From assembly GCA_038874435.1 (NCBI GenBank), contig JAVZCK010000006.1, positions 37,332-101,331 on the forward strand: a stretch of 64,000 nt of DNA, in the 5' to 3' direction. Origin of the DNA: Thermoplasmata archaeon (lineage in GTDB: Archaea > Thermoplasmatota > Thermoplasmata > Lutacidiplasmatales > SKW197). Positions 1-7,923 of this stretch are shown here, one piece after another (the first letter of the stretch is position 1; every line of letters starts with the position of its first letter). Made by a program: the position numbers and the translations under genes. The notes beneath the pieces are model-generated. The model saw only the letters and a list, made by a program, of their open reading frames with translations. It made no database searches and was not told where the DNA came from.

Positions 1-10
1 GACTGAGATT

Positions 11-406
11 ATGGCTGGCGTGAAACTTTCAAATGTGGTTTGGGCTGCTGTTGCTGGTATAGGCTTCTTGATATTGATTCTCATTTTCGTATGGATCTGG
101 CTGGTATATACACCCATGTGGGCATGTGTGATATCAGGGATTTTATCGCTTCTTCTAGGAACGCTAGCATACTTTGGACAGGCCTCACTCGAAAAACCAA
201 TATTTGGGCAGATTTCTGCAGTGGTCTTTGGAATTTTGGGTATTGGCTTTTTGATGGGTGCCGCATGGTTGCAGGTAGATGCACTGAAAATTCCTTGTCT
301 GATTGCAGTGCTTATTGTTGCTTTTATCGTGTTTGGATTCGGTGCATGGAAAATCAAAGACATTGAGCTGGAGAAGGAAATAAGGGCGAAGAGAAAGAAA
401 CTTTGA
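11..406 (+). CDS. small integral membrane protein (3-4 predicted TM helices), function unknown
   Basis: 131-aa ORF, almost entirely hydrophobic segments (VVWAAVAGIGFLILILIFVWIWLV...; AVVFGILGIGFLMGAAWL), with a basic C-terminal tail. No recognisable catalytic motif. Confidence 0.45.
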   Translation: MAGVKLSNVVWAAVAGIGFLILILIFVWIWLVYTPMWACVISGILSLLLGTLAYFGQASLEKPIFGQISAVVFGILGIGFLMGAAWLQVDALKIPCLIAVLIVAFIVFGFGAWKIKDIELEKEIRAKRKKL

Positions 407-494
407 GATTGCATTTTTTGGTGCTTAAAAATACAGTGTTTTCTGTCGTCTGGCAAGTAAGTTAACTATTGCTTGTAGTTAACAAGCGAAATGC

Positions 495-502
495 TTATAT
501 AC
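495..502 (+). promoter_or_regulatory. TATA-box-like element (ttatatac) about 40 nt upstream of the 540 ATG, plus a GGTG Shine-Dalgarno at 527-533
   Basis: AT-rich hexamer/octamer in the intergenic region with a purine-rich RBS 6-8 nt before the ATG. Typical archaeal promoter geometry. Seen directly in the sequence. Confidence 0.25.
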
Positions 503-539
503 TTCCAATTATTAGTATTAACTACAAAGAGGTGTTAAT

Positions 540-2675
540 ATGGAGCCAAAGAAAAGAAAAGGCAGAATGGTCGCAGGCGTGGCGGGTGCAGTGGTAACCA
601 TGCTGGTAATCAGCATGTTGTTGATGATTGTAAGTGTAAGGATGGGAAGTGCAGATGATGTAGAAACGGACCTTGCTGTGAATTCCACTTTGAGCGGAAG
701 TTTAAGTGGGGCTGGCAAGAAGGATTATTACAAGATTGTTGTAAACAGCGGGAGCAAGTTGATTGTGAAAATTGATGGACCAAATGGTGGGAGTGTTGAC
801 TTTGACCTTTACATAAAGAAGGACGGGAAGCCAACAACCTCAAGCTACACTGCAAGGGGTTACACGAGCTCTAGTGATGAGCAGGTGAGCGTGAGCGCGC
901 CTTCAGGCACTTACTATGCAATGGTTTATGCCTATAAGGGCTCTGGCAGTTACACAATTACTGCAACTGTGGAAGGCGGCAATGGAGGTGGTGGCGGTGG
1001 AGACAACGGCAACACGAATAATACCGATCCAAACACTCCATCCCAACTCCAGTTTGATATGCCAGTTACAGGCACACTTGATGCGAGCAAAACAAAAGCA
1101 TACTATTACTTTGATGCACCAAGGGCGGCAGCAAAAATCAAGGTTGTGTTAGACGGCCCAAGTGGTGCTGACTACGACCTTTATGTTAAGAAAGACAGCA
1201 CACCAACAACCTCAAGTTACCTTGTCAGAGGCTACACAAATTCTGCAGATGAAACAGTGCTTATCACTAACCAGACAGTAGATGTAGTCGCTGGAAGATA
1301 CTATGTGCTTGTAAACAGATACTCTGGAAGTGGACAATACACATTAACAGCGAGTTTTGAGACAATTGGTGGTGGAAGTTCTGGAAATAACTCCTCAGAG
1401 TCTGATGTGATTGAACTTCGTGCAGGTGTAGCAGTGACAGGGGCGCTAGATGCAAGCCATGCAAAAGAATACTACAAAATTACAGTGAGCTCAGGCACAG
1501 CACTCAAGGTGGTGCTGGATGGTCCAAGCGGTGCTGACTTTGATTTGTATGTGAAAAAGGGTGCGATGCCCACAACCTCAAGCTATGATGTTCGTGGATA
1601 CACAAATTCCGCTGATGAGCAGGTAAGTGTGAGCAATCCTTCTGGAACTTACTACATCATGGTAAACAGGTACTCTGGCTCTGGCAGTTACACAATCACT
1701 GCAAATGTTGACACTGGAAATAATGGTGGTGGCAACAACCCAAATGGTGATGACGACGGGGATGGACTTACAAACGCAAAAGAGACAGAACTTGGCACAA
1801 ATCCAAACAACCCAGATACAGATGGAGATTATATTCCAGATGGAATTGAAGTAAACATGTATGGCACAGACCCAACAAACAAGCAGTATGAAGCTCAATC
1901 CGCAAAAACACCATGGTCTGGATATTGGTGGCCAATGAAGGACAATGGGACCGCAGAGCCGTGTGCAAAGTACGATGCTTATGTGAACAAAACAAGGGGC
2001 TATAATCCACAAGCAGAAAAATGGGAGAAAGAACACCATGGGTGGAGCCCGAATGTGCAGTCATGGTGGGGACACTGCCATGCCTGGAGTGCAGCAGCAG
2101 TGAGTGAGGATGAGCCCACTCATTCGAAGACAGTGCAGGGGATTACATTCACAGTTGGGGACTTGAAGGGTCTGCTTACAGAATCTTACTACTCCTCTTC
2201 CTGTGACCTCTTTGTTGGCACAAGGTACAACGGGCCTTCAAACAATGTCCAGGATGTGCTGCCTAAGGACTTCCATATAACATTGCTGAAATGGATAGGA
2301 ACAAAGAAGAAAGCAGTGGTAATGGACATCACTGCCACTGAAGAGGTCTGGAACTACCCTGCCTACAAATACACAATGACCGTGAGCAATGACACACAGG
2401 ACAGCAGCAAGAAGCACTTTGTTGTAAAAGTGTGGTTTGCAGATGATGGGGTCTGGAAGGACTATGTAGGCACGAAGACGTTCACAATCACCTACAAGTA
2501 CTGGCTTAAATTCAGCACTAACGGAATAACTGATGGGGCATGGGAAGGCGGAAGTGAGAACACAAATGCAGATGCCCAGGCACATCCAGACTTCATCTGG
2601 CATCCAAGTGGTCCGGGAGTGGACTGGGGCTGTCAACTCAGGTATGAAATCGTAAAAGAAATCATCAACGCATAA
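540..2675 (+). CDS. secreted/anchored protein with 3 tandem PPC (pre-peptidase C-terminal, 'DFDLYV') domains, thrombospondin-type-3-like Ca-binding Asp repeats, and a C-terminal putative Cys-protease/transglutaminase-like domain
   Basis: There is an N-terminal basic region plus TM/signal anchor (MVAGVAGAVVTMLVISMLLMIV). Three ~100-aa repeats each contain 'DFDLY(I/V)KK...PTTSSY...GYT.S.DE.V...SGTYY..V..Y.GSGSYT(I/L)TA'. A 'DDDGDGLTNAKETELGTNPNNPDTDGDYIPDG' block follows. The C-terminal domain carries a 'WWGHCHAWSAAAV' motif that resembles the G-x-C-x-x-W/F-A/S catalytic Cys motif of papain/transglutaminase-like folds. Confidence 0.55.
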   Translation: MEPKKRKGRMVAGVAGAVVTMLVISMLLMIVSVRMGSADDVETDLAVNSTLSGSLSGAGKKDYYKIVVNSGSKLIVKIDGPNGGSVDFDLYIKKDGKPTTSSYTARGYTSSSDEQVSVSAPSGTYYAMVYAYKGSGSYTITATVEGGNGGGGGGDNGNTNNTDPNTPSQLQFDMPVTGTLDASKTKAYYYFDAPRAAAKIKVVLDGPSGADYDLYVKKDSTPTTSSYLVRGYTNSADETVLITNQTVDVVAGRYYVLVNRYSGSGQYTLTASFETIGGGSSGNNSSESDVIELRAGVAVTGALDASHAKEYYKITVSSGTALKVVLDGPSGADFDLYVKKGAMPTTSSYDVRGYTNSADEQVSVSNPSGTYYIMVNRYSGSGSYTITANVDTGNNGGGNNPNGDDDGDGLTNAKETELGTNPNNPDTDGDYIPDGIEVNMYGTDPTNKQYEAQSAKTPWSGYWWPMKDNGTAEPCAKYDAYVNKTRGYNPQAEKWEKEHHGWSPNVQSWWGHCHAWSAAAVSEDEPTHSKTVQGITFTVGDLKGLLTESYYSSSCDLFVGTRYNGPSNNVQDVLPKDFHITLLKWIGTKKKAVVMDITATEEVWNYPAYKYTMTVSNDTQDSSKKHFVVKVWFADDGVWKDYVGTKTFTITYKYWLKFSTNGITDGAWEGGSENTNADAQAHPDFIWHPSGPGVDWGCQLRYEIVKEIINA

Positions 2676-5238
2676 ACTTTTTTTCCAATTCTTCTTTTGC
2701 CTCCTGTACTTCTTTTTCTAATCCAATTTTTGCAGCTTCATTGAGGGCTTCCTCAATTGCTGATCTAAATTTTTCTTCATCACCCTTCTCTGCATATGCC
2801 TCCGCAATATCAATTTGGTTATATACCAACATCCATTTGTCCCCTGTTTTCTTGCAGAGACGCTTAACCTCAAGATAGAGCGAAAGTGCCTTTTCAATTT
2901 CACCAATTTCAAAATAAACATTTCCCAGATTGTTCTTTGCAATTGCAATACCTGCAAGGTCATGAACTATTTCTTTCATTTCCACTGTCTTCTCAAGACA
3001 TTTTCTTGCATTCCCGAAATCCTCCAATTCATAGTAAACCATTCCAAGGTTGTTGTAAACTTGGGAAAGCCCTTGTTTGTCGTTGTTTCTAGCAAAAATT
3101 TCCTCAGCCATTCTCAGGTTAGCAATGCTCTCATCGTAGTTTCCCAAGTAGTAGTAAGTGGAGCCAATTCGGGTATAGCAGTTTCCAGCATCTTTTTCCA
3201 TTCCATGTTTTGTGAAAAATTCTAGGGCTTTTTCCTGGCATTCAATCGCATTCTTATAATTACCTGCTCGTTCATGAATGTAACCCTTGATTGTAAGCAG
3301 GCGCGTGATTTCTCCTGCTGCAGTAGAGGATGTACCAGTAATAACTTCAAATGCTTTGTTTATACTTTCCATTGCTTTTTCATGCTCGCCCATCTTAAGA
3401 TAAACCTCTGCCCTAGTTGCATAGGTTCTCCCAAGTTCTGCACCAGGCTCTCCCAGGAGAGAAATCTTCTCGTCCAAAACTTTCATTGCATCCTCGTAGA
3501 GTCCAGACGCAAGATAAATCTCAAGAATCTTATTCAGGGTTTTCAAGGCAATCTCAAAATCTTGGACATCCTTCTTGTTCAACGTTGTAAAAAGCGCCTT
3601 CAAAATCTCTATAGCTTCATCGTATGCGAATCTGCCAACAAGTTTCTCAGCAACCAAAAATCCATGCTCTTTCAACTTATCCAGACGTTTTGCCTTCCTA
3701 TAATGGTAAAGTGCATCAATTATCTTTTCTTCATCACCCTTTTTGTACTCCGCCTCCAGAATTCCACCAAGCATTTCATGAAGAGCAGTTCTGAGTTCAT
3801 CACCCATCTCCTGGTATATCACATCTCTAATTCTAGTAGGGTCAAATCTATATTTGCCTTCCTCGTGCTTTATCAGTCCATGAATCTTCTCGATTCTAGA
3901 CAATGCTCTGAGAAGCTTTATTTTCTCCATGTCAACCATTTTTTCTAGCAATGGAGTGACAAACTCGGTTCCAAGAACACTAGCTGTTTCAAGCACCTCA
4001 AACTCCTCATCACTCAACCTGGTAATTTTCTCCCTTATTATCTCATAGATTCTTTCTGGGATTTTTATTTCTTCTCGATCATACGTCCACAATCCTCCCT
4101 CTTGTCTGAGCAGTTGCTTATCAGTAAGATACTTCAGCAGCTCAATTACAAAGAGTGGGTTTCCCTCTGTTTCAGAGTACACTTTTTCCTTAAAACTTTC
4201 GTCCACATGCCCTCCAAGAACGCACTCTATCAACGCGGCAACACCCTCTCTATCTAGTGGAGCAAGAGTCAAAACTTCGATTAGATTTTCAGACCGCATT
4301 GTATTTATCATCCCAGGTAAGACACTCGTAGTTGGAATTTCATCTGTTCTAATTGCACATAGCACCCCAACCTTTTCTGAAGCAATATCCCTACCAATGT
4401 AGCTGAGAAGAGAAAGAGAAGAACTGTCTGCCCAATGTAAGTCATCAATGAGTATGAGCACTGGCTTTTTCATAGCCATTCTTTTGATTCCACGAAGCAC
4501 ATTTTCAAAAATGCCTGCCTTTTTATCTGCAGTTTCCAGTGCCACCTTAGTGTATTTGTCAGATTCAACAAGTTCTCTGAGCATCACTGTGACTTCATCA
4601 ATATCTGTATCCAATGCATTAGGATTATTGTCTATTTTATCAACTAGTTTTTTCATGTCTTCTAGCAGATATTCGTTTTCAACGCCTTCAACCAATGCAA
4701 CAAGATTCACAACTCTACCAGGTAAGCTCACTATCGTAAACTCACCGTGCCGCATCACTCCAATTTTTTCCTCAATTTCTTTGTGATTTTGGCCAGCAAT
4801 CTGAGTCATCGAATCCTTTATGAAATTTTCAACCGCTGTTACCATTCCAAGAAAAATGTCAGGGTCTATGTTTTTCAAGGTCTTCTCGTGTTTTGAAAGG
4901 ATTATGCCTCCTTTATTTACCAGATAAAGAGCATCTAAGTTTGGGCATGTCTCTGAAAGTAAATGATCTAGATCTGCAGATTTAAGCATGCTGTAAAATG
5001 GTGCTAGTGGCAAGGCAGCACCAGGTAGGCACTTAGTATGAAGAACGCAGAAGTTCTCTTCCTCTGCCTTCTTCTTTACTTCTTCAAGCAATCTAGTTTT
5101 TCCCACTCCTCCCTCTCCCTGAATCAGAAAAATGCTACCGGCTCCATTTGCCGTCTTCCTAATGAGCCGATCTAGATAAGAAATTTCCTTTGTTCTGTCT
5201 ACAAATGCTGGGGGTAGGTTGAGTGCAATCGTCATCAA
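2665..5238 (-). CDS. STAND/AAA_16-type NTPase with C-terminal TPR repeat array; about 100 aa Roadblock/LC7-like insertion between Walker A and Walker B
   Basis: Walker A 'IQGEGGVGKTRLLEEV' and Walker B 'VLILIDDLHWAD' are present. The spacing between them is unusually long and contains 'ALYLVNKGGIILSK...DPDIFLGMVTAVENF...GEFTIVSLPGRVVNLVALVEG'. This aligns by eye to the Roadblock protein at 17075-17434. The C-terminal ~450 aa are TPR-like (repeated A/Y/G/N..Y..A...Y..A patterns, e.g. 'GNYDESIANLRMAEEIF', 'EDFGNARKCLEKTVEM'). The gene overlaps the 3' end of the 540-2675 gene convergently by 11 nt. Confidence 0.7.
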   Translation of the reverse strand: MMTIALNLPPAFVDRTKEISYLDRLIRKTANGAGSIFLIQGEGGVGKTRLLEEVKKKAEEENFCVLHTKCLPGAALPLAPFYSMLKSADLDHLLSETCPNLDALYLVNKGGIILSKHEKTLKNIDPDIFLGMVTAVENFIKDSMTQIAGQNHKEIEEKIGVMRHGEFTIVSLPGRVVNLVALVEGVENEYLLEDMKKLVDKIDNNPNALDTDIDEVTVMLRELVESDKYTKVALETADKKAGIFENVLRGIKRMAMKKPVLILIDDLHWADSSSLSLLSYIGRDIASEKVGVLCAIRTDEIPTTSVLPGMINTMRSENLIEVLTLAPLDREGVAALIECVLGGHVDESFKEKVYSETEGNPLFVIELLKYLTDKQLLRQEGGLWTYDREEIKIPERIYEIIREKITRLSDEEFEVLETASVLGTEFVTPLLEKMVDMEKIKLLRALSRIEKIHGLIKHEEGKYRFDPTRIRDVIYQEMGDELRTALHEMLGGILEAEYKKGDEEKIIDALYHYRKAKRLDKLKEHGFLVAEKLVGRFAYDEAIEILKALFTTLNKKDVQDFEIALKTLNKILEIYLASGLYEDAMKVLDEKISLLGEPGAELGRTYATRAEVYLKMGEHEKAMESINKAFEVITGTSSTAAGEITRLLTIKGYIHERAGNYKNAIECQEKALEFFTKHGMEKDAGNCYTRIGSTYYYLGNYDESIANLRMAEEIFARNNDKQGLSQVYNNLGMVYYELEDFGNARKCLEKTVEMKEIVHDLAGIAIAKNNLGNVYFEIGEIEKALSLYLEVKRLCKKTGDKWMLVYNQIDIAEAYAEKGDEEKFRSAIEEALNEAAKIGLEKEVQEAKEELEKKFMR

Positions 5239-5294
5239 AATAGGGTAATCTCACTAAACTATTAATCCCTTTCTAAGTTTAGTTCAAGAAAGGT

Positions 5295-5302
5295 ATAAAT
5301 AC
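5295..5302 (+). promoter_or_regulatory. TATA-box-like element (tataaata) about 30-38 nt upstream of the 5333 ATG; GGTGA RBS at 5324-5328
   Basis: Seen directly: 'aaggtataaatacc' followed by 'ggtgattaaATG'. Confidence 0.3.
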
Positions 5303-5332
5303 CAATATGTAATCCTGTTCTCTGGTGATTAA

Positions 5333-7078
5333 ATGAAAGCGGGCAGGATATTAGTTCTTGTGTTGATTTGGATAATGTTGAGCGGAGTTTTCCCCCATAC
5401 ATCGCCCAAAAATGTGGAGGGGGGCTATGCACTCGAATGGACCTGGAAATACGAGACAAACAGCACAGTAAAAGGAATCTCCATTACCGATGACGCAAAA
5501 TACATTGGTGCCTATGATTACGCAAACAATGTATATTTGTTTGAGGCAGATACAGGGAGCCTTGTAAGAACATGGATTTATGGTGCAGATATTACTGGTA
5601 TAAAAATTGCAAAAAAGGCAGACCCACCACTGCTCTTCGTCACAGATAGAGGGTCAGTAAGGGTTTATAGGCAGGACATGCAAACCCCTTATCGAATCTA
5701 TTCACCAAACCAACCGCCTCAATATGGCTGGAATGTCTCCCTGCCAAGGCCAGGCAACATAACTGGCTTCGATGTTTCTGCTGATGGGAAACTGCTGATG
5801 GTCACTTACTACTACAGATGGTCAAACACATGGAAATACAATGTTTCTATGTACAATGTCGAAACAGGCACAGAACTCTGGAACTATCAGACTGGATTCT
5901 CAGACGCAAGAGCCAAATTTGGCCTCACTGCTTCCTATGACGGAAAATTCTTCGTTGTTGGTGTATCTGAATCCGACACTTATGTACGATTGGAACTTTA
6001 TGAAAGGGATAGCCCATATGGACCAAAATGGCAGACAGACCGCTTGAGAGACATTTTGGGCTCTGGCTATTTGTCTAGAATTACTGCCATGAAGATGTCA
6101 GATGATGGCACTGTGATAATGGTCTGCACCAACAATGCAATTCTTAAGTTCATCCAGACACAAAACAAGGAGGTTTGGAGGGTGGATGGAATTAGAGATG
6201 CTGTAGCTACATCAATGAATTATTCTGGTAGTGAGGGATTCGTTGCTGTTGGGAAGCAGATTACTTTCCTTGACCTTTCTACGATGGAGTTTTCGAAGCG
6301 ATTCAAATGGAACTGGACAACACCAGACAACAATACAATTGTTAATGCGTTCATGGACAAAGATGGAAACTACATTGTAGTTGCAACTGCAAAGAACATG
6401 TGGCTGATATATGTGCCAGTGCACAAACCGTTCCGGAGCATTGAACTTTCCACGGATTTTGACCTTGTAAGTAGCATTGACTTAAGCAGAGATGATGGAA
6501 GCAGGATTGCACTTGGTGCCGCATACAGAGTGACAGACAACCCGGCAGGAGTGTACATGTTTGATAATCCAAAAGCAATTAAACCGCAACCTTGTGAAAT
6601 TTTTGGATTTTTTGATGTAACAACCACCTCAATGAATGTTACATGGTCTGCTTCAACCGCGCCTGACTTTGCGAGGTACGAACTGTACTGTGACTCTAAC
6701 CTCAACACAATCTCCACGAATCCACAGAATGCAGAAAAAAGATATGTGATAACAAACAAAGACACCACATACAAGGAAGTGACTGGTCTCCAGCCAGGAA
6801 CTACTTATTTCTTCAAGCTCAGGGTAATCTGCATAACCGAACTGTATGCGGATTCACAGGTGAAACAGAAGATGACAGAGGTGCCACCACCTCCTCCAGA
6901 TTACACTCCATACATTGTTGCTGCTGTGGTAATCACTGTACTTGTGGTATTTCTGCTCTGGTACTTCTACCTGAGACACAAGATACCTGAATGGAAAGAG
7001 AAGCGCAAGAAAAAGAAAGGCAAGAGCGTGGCATGGCATCAGAGACCAGGAGAATACCTACCACCAGGGTTTGAATAA
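5333..7078 (+). CDS. cell-surface protein: signal peptide, beta-propeller-like region, fibronectin type III domain, C-terminal TM anchor plus Lys-rich tail
   Basis: N-terminal signal 'MKAGRILVLVLIWIMLSGV'. Repeated W/Y-rich beta-strand blocks. Clear FN3 'PCEIFGFFDVTTTSMNVTWSASTAPDFARYELYC...GLQPGTTYFFKLRV'. Pro-rich stalk 'PPPPPDYTP' then TM 'IVAAVVITVLVVFLLWYFYL' then 'KEKRKKKKGK'. Many N-x-S/T sequons. Confidence 0.6.
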   Translation: MKAGRILVLVLIWIMLSGVFPHTSPKNVEGGYALEWTWKYETNSTVKGISITDDAKYIGAYDYANNVYLFEADTGSLVRTWIYGADITGIKIAKKADPPLLFVTDRGSVRVYRQDMQTPYRIYSPNQPPQYGWNVSLPRPGNITGFDVSADGKLLMVTYYYRWSNTWKYNVSMYNVETGTELWNYQTGFSDARAKFGLTASYDGKFFVVGVSESDTYVRLELYERDSPYGPKWQTDRLRDILGSGYLSRITAMKMSDDGTVIMVCTNNAILKFIQTQNKEVWRVDGIRDAVATSMNYSGSEGFVAVGKQITFLDLSTMEFSKRFKWNWTTPDNNTIVNAFMDKDGNYIVVATAKNMWLIYVPVHKPFRSIELSTDFDLVSSIDLSRDDGSRIALGAAYRVTDNPAGVYMFDNPKAIKPQPCEIFGFFDVTTTSMNVTWSASTAPDFARYELYCDSNLNTISTNPQNAEKRYVITNKDTTYKEVTGLQPGTTYFFKLRVICITELYADSQVKQKMTEVPPPPPDYTPYIVAAVVITVLVVFLLWYFYLRHKIPEWKEKRKKKKGKSVAWHQRPGEYLPPGFE

Positions 7079-7088
7079 ATTAAAATTT

Positions 7089-7922
7089 TTATTTCTTCTT
7101 TTTCTCTTTCTTTGGTTTTGATGTTTGGGTTATATGATTAGGACAGTTTGTGTTCAACGGGACTTCAAGAACTTCGAACACGTTCCTATACCCATCGTAG
7201 TAAATCAAGTTGTAAGGCAATGCATCATACTCTTTTGAGATTATCTTTATCCCACAGAGGACCTGAAGAGCAGAAATTACCGCGGTAGTTGTGATTTCTG
7301 CAGGCAATTTCGGAGAATAAATCGTCACATCCTCTCTGCCTGAACATGAGAAGATTTGCTCAAGGTTCTTGAAATGGGTTTTGTTCATCCCGCATTCGAT
7401 ACAAGCAGTTTTTGGAGGGAGTACCACCTGGACTTTGCCTGATGTACCTAGGGTACCTCCATCTACAAGTGGAATCCCATAATAATAAGCATGAGAATTA
7501 ATGTATAGCCGTGCCATGATATTGTCTAAGCATCCAAATATAATATCAAACTCCTTGAGAAAATTCTCAGGCAGTTCCTGAATTGGCTTAGAATACCAAG
7601 AAACACGAACTGTTTTATCCAGTTTCTTCAATTCTCTTGCAAGCACTTCTGCCTTCAGCAGCCCTTTCTCAGCATCCTCAATTCTAAAGAGGGCACATCT
7701 GCTTAAATTGGATTTCACAATTTTGTCCATGTCTACTATCGCAATATTCTTGAAACCGGAAAGTACTAGATTTTTTCCTACCTCATTGCCAAGGGCACCC
7801 GCACCAACAACAAGTACCTTACTCTTCTGAATTAAGTTGAATTTTATCCACGGAATCCTCTTCTCTCTATCAAACATGTCTTCGTCGTGCATTCCGACCT
7901 TCAACACTTTATCTGCCGTCAT
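7089..7922 (-). CDS. E1-like ubiquitin/Ubl-activating enzyme (ThiF/MoeB/HesA family adenylyltransferase)
   Basis: Rossmann nucleotide-binding 'KVLVVGAGALGNEVGKNLVLSGF', 'IVDMDKIVKSNLSRC' (E1 Arg-finger/NLxRQ-like), catalytic Asp region 'FGCLDN', and a Zn-binding Cys cluster 'CIECGMNK...SCSG...NCPNH'. The start ATG lies 1 nt after the JAMM gene's TAA stop. Lys-rich C-terminal tail. Confidence 0.8.
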   Translation of the reverse strand: MTADKVLKVGMHDEDMFDREKRIPWIKFNLIQKSKVLVVGAGALGNEVGKNLVLSGFKNIAIVDMDKIVKSNLSRCALFRIEDAEKGLLKAEVLARELKKLDKTVRVSWYSKPIQELPENFLKEFDIIFGCLDNIMARLYINSHAYYYGIPLVDGGTLGTSGKVQVVLPPKTACIECGMNKTHFKNLEQIFSCSGREDVTIYSPKLPAEITTTAVISALQVLCGIKIISKEYDALPYNLIYYDGYRNVFEVLEVPLNTNCPNHITQTSKPKKEKKKK

Positions 7923-7923
7923 C

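Noticed and set aside
40-366. 108-aa ORF overlapping the 11-406 membrane protein in another frame, and the 81-284 antisense ORF
   Set aside because: Entirely nested within a more plausible hydrophobic ORF. Cys/Trp-rich random-looking sequence.
1578-2064. Antisense ORFs of 153 aa and 98 aa inside the PPC-repeat gene, and many similar 60-140-aa antisense ORFs inside AglB, subtilase, DnaK and the ATPase
   Set aside because: They are nested in the opposite strand of long, motif-rich genes. They are Cys/His/Phe-rich with no domain signatures, so these are typical spurious ORFs.
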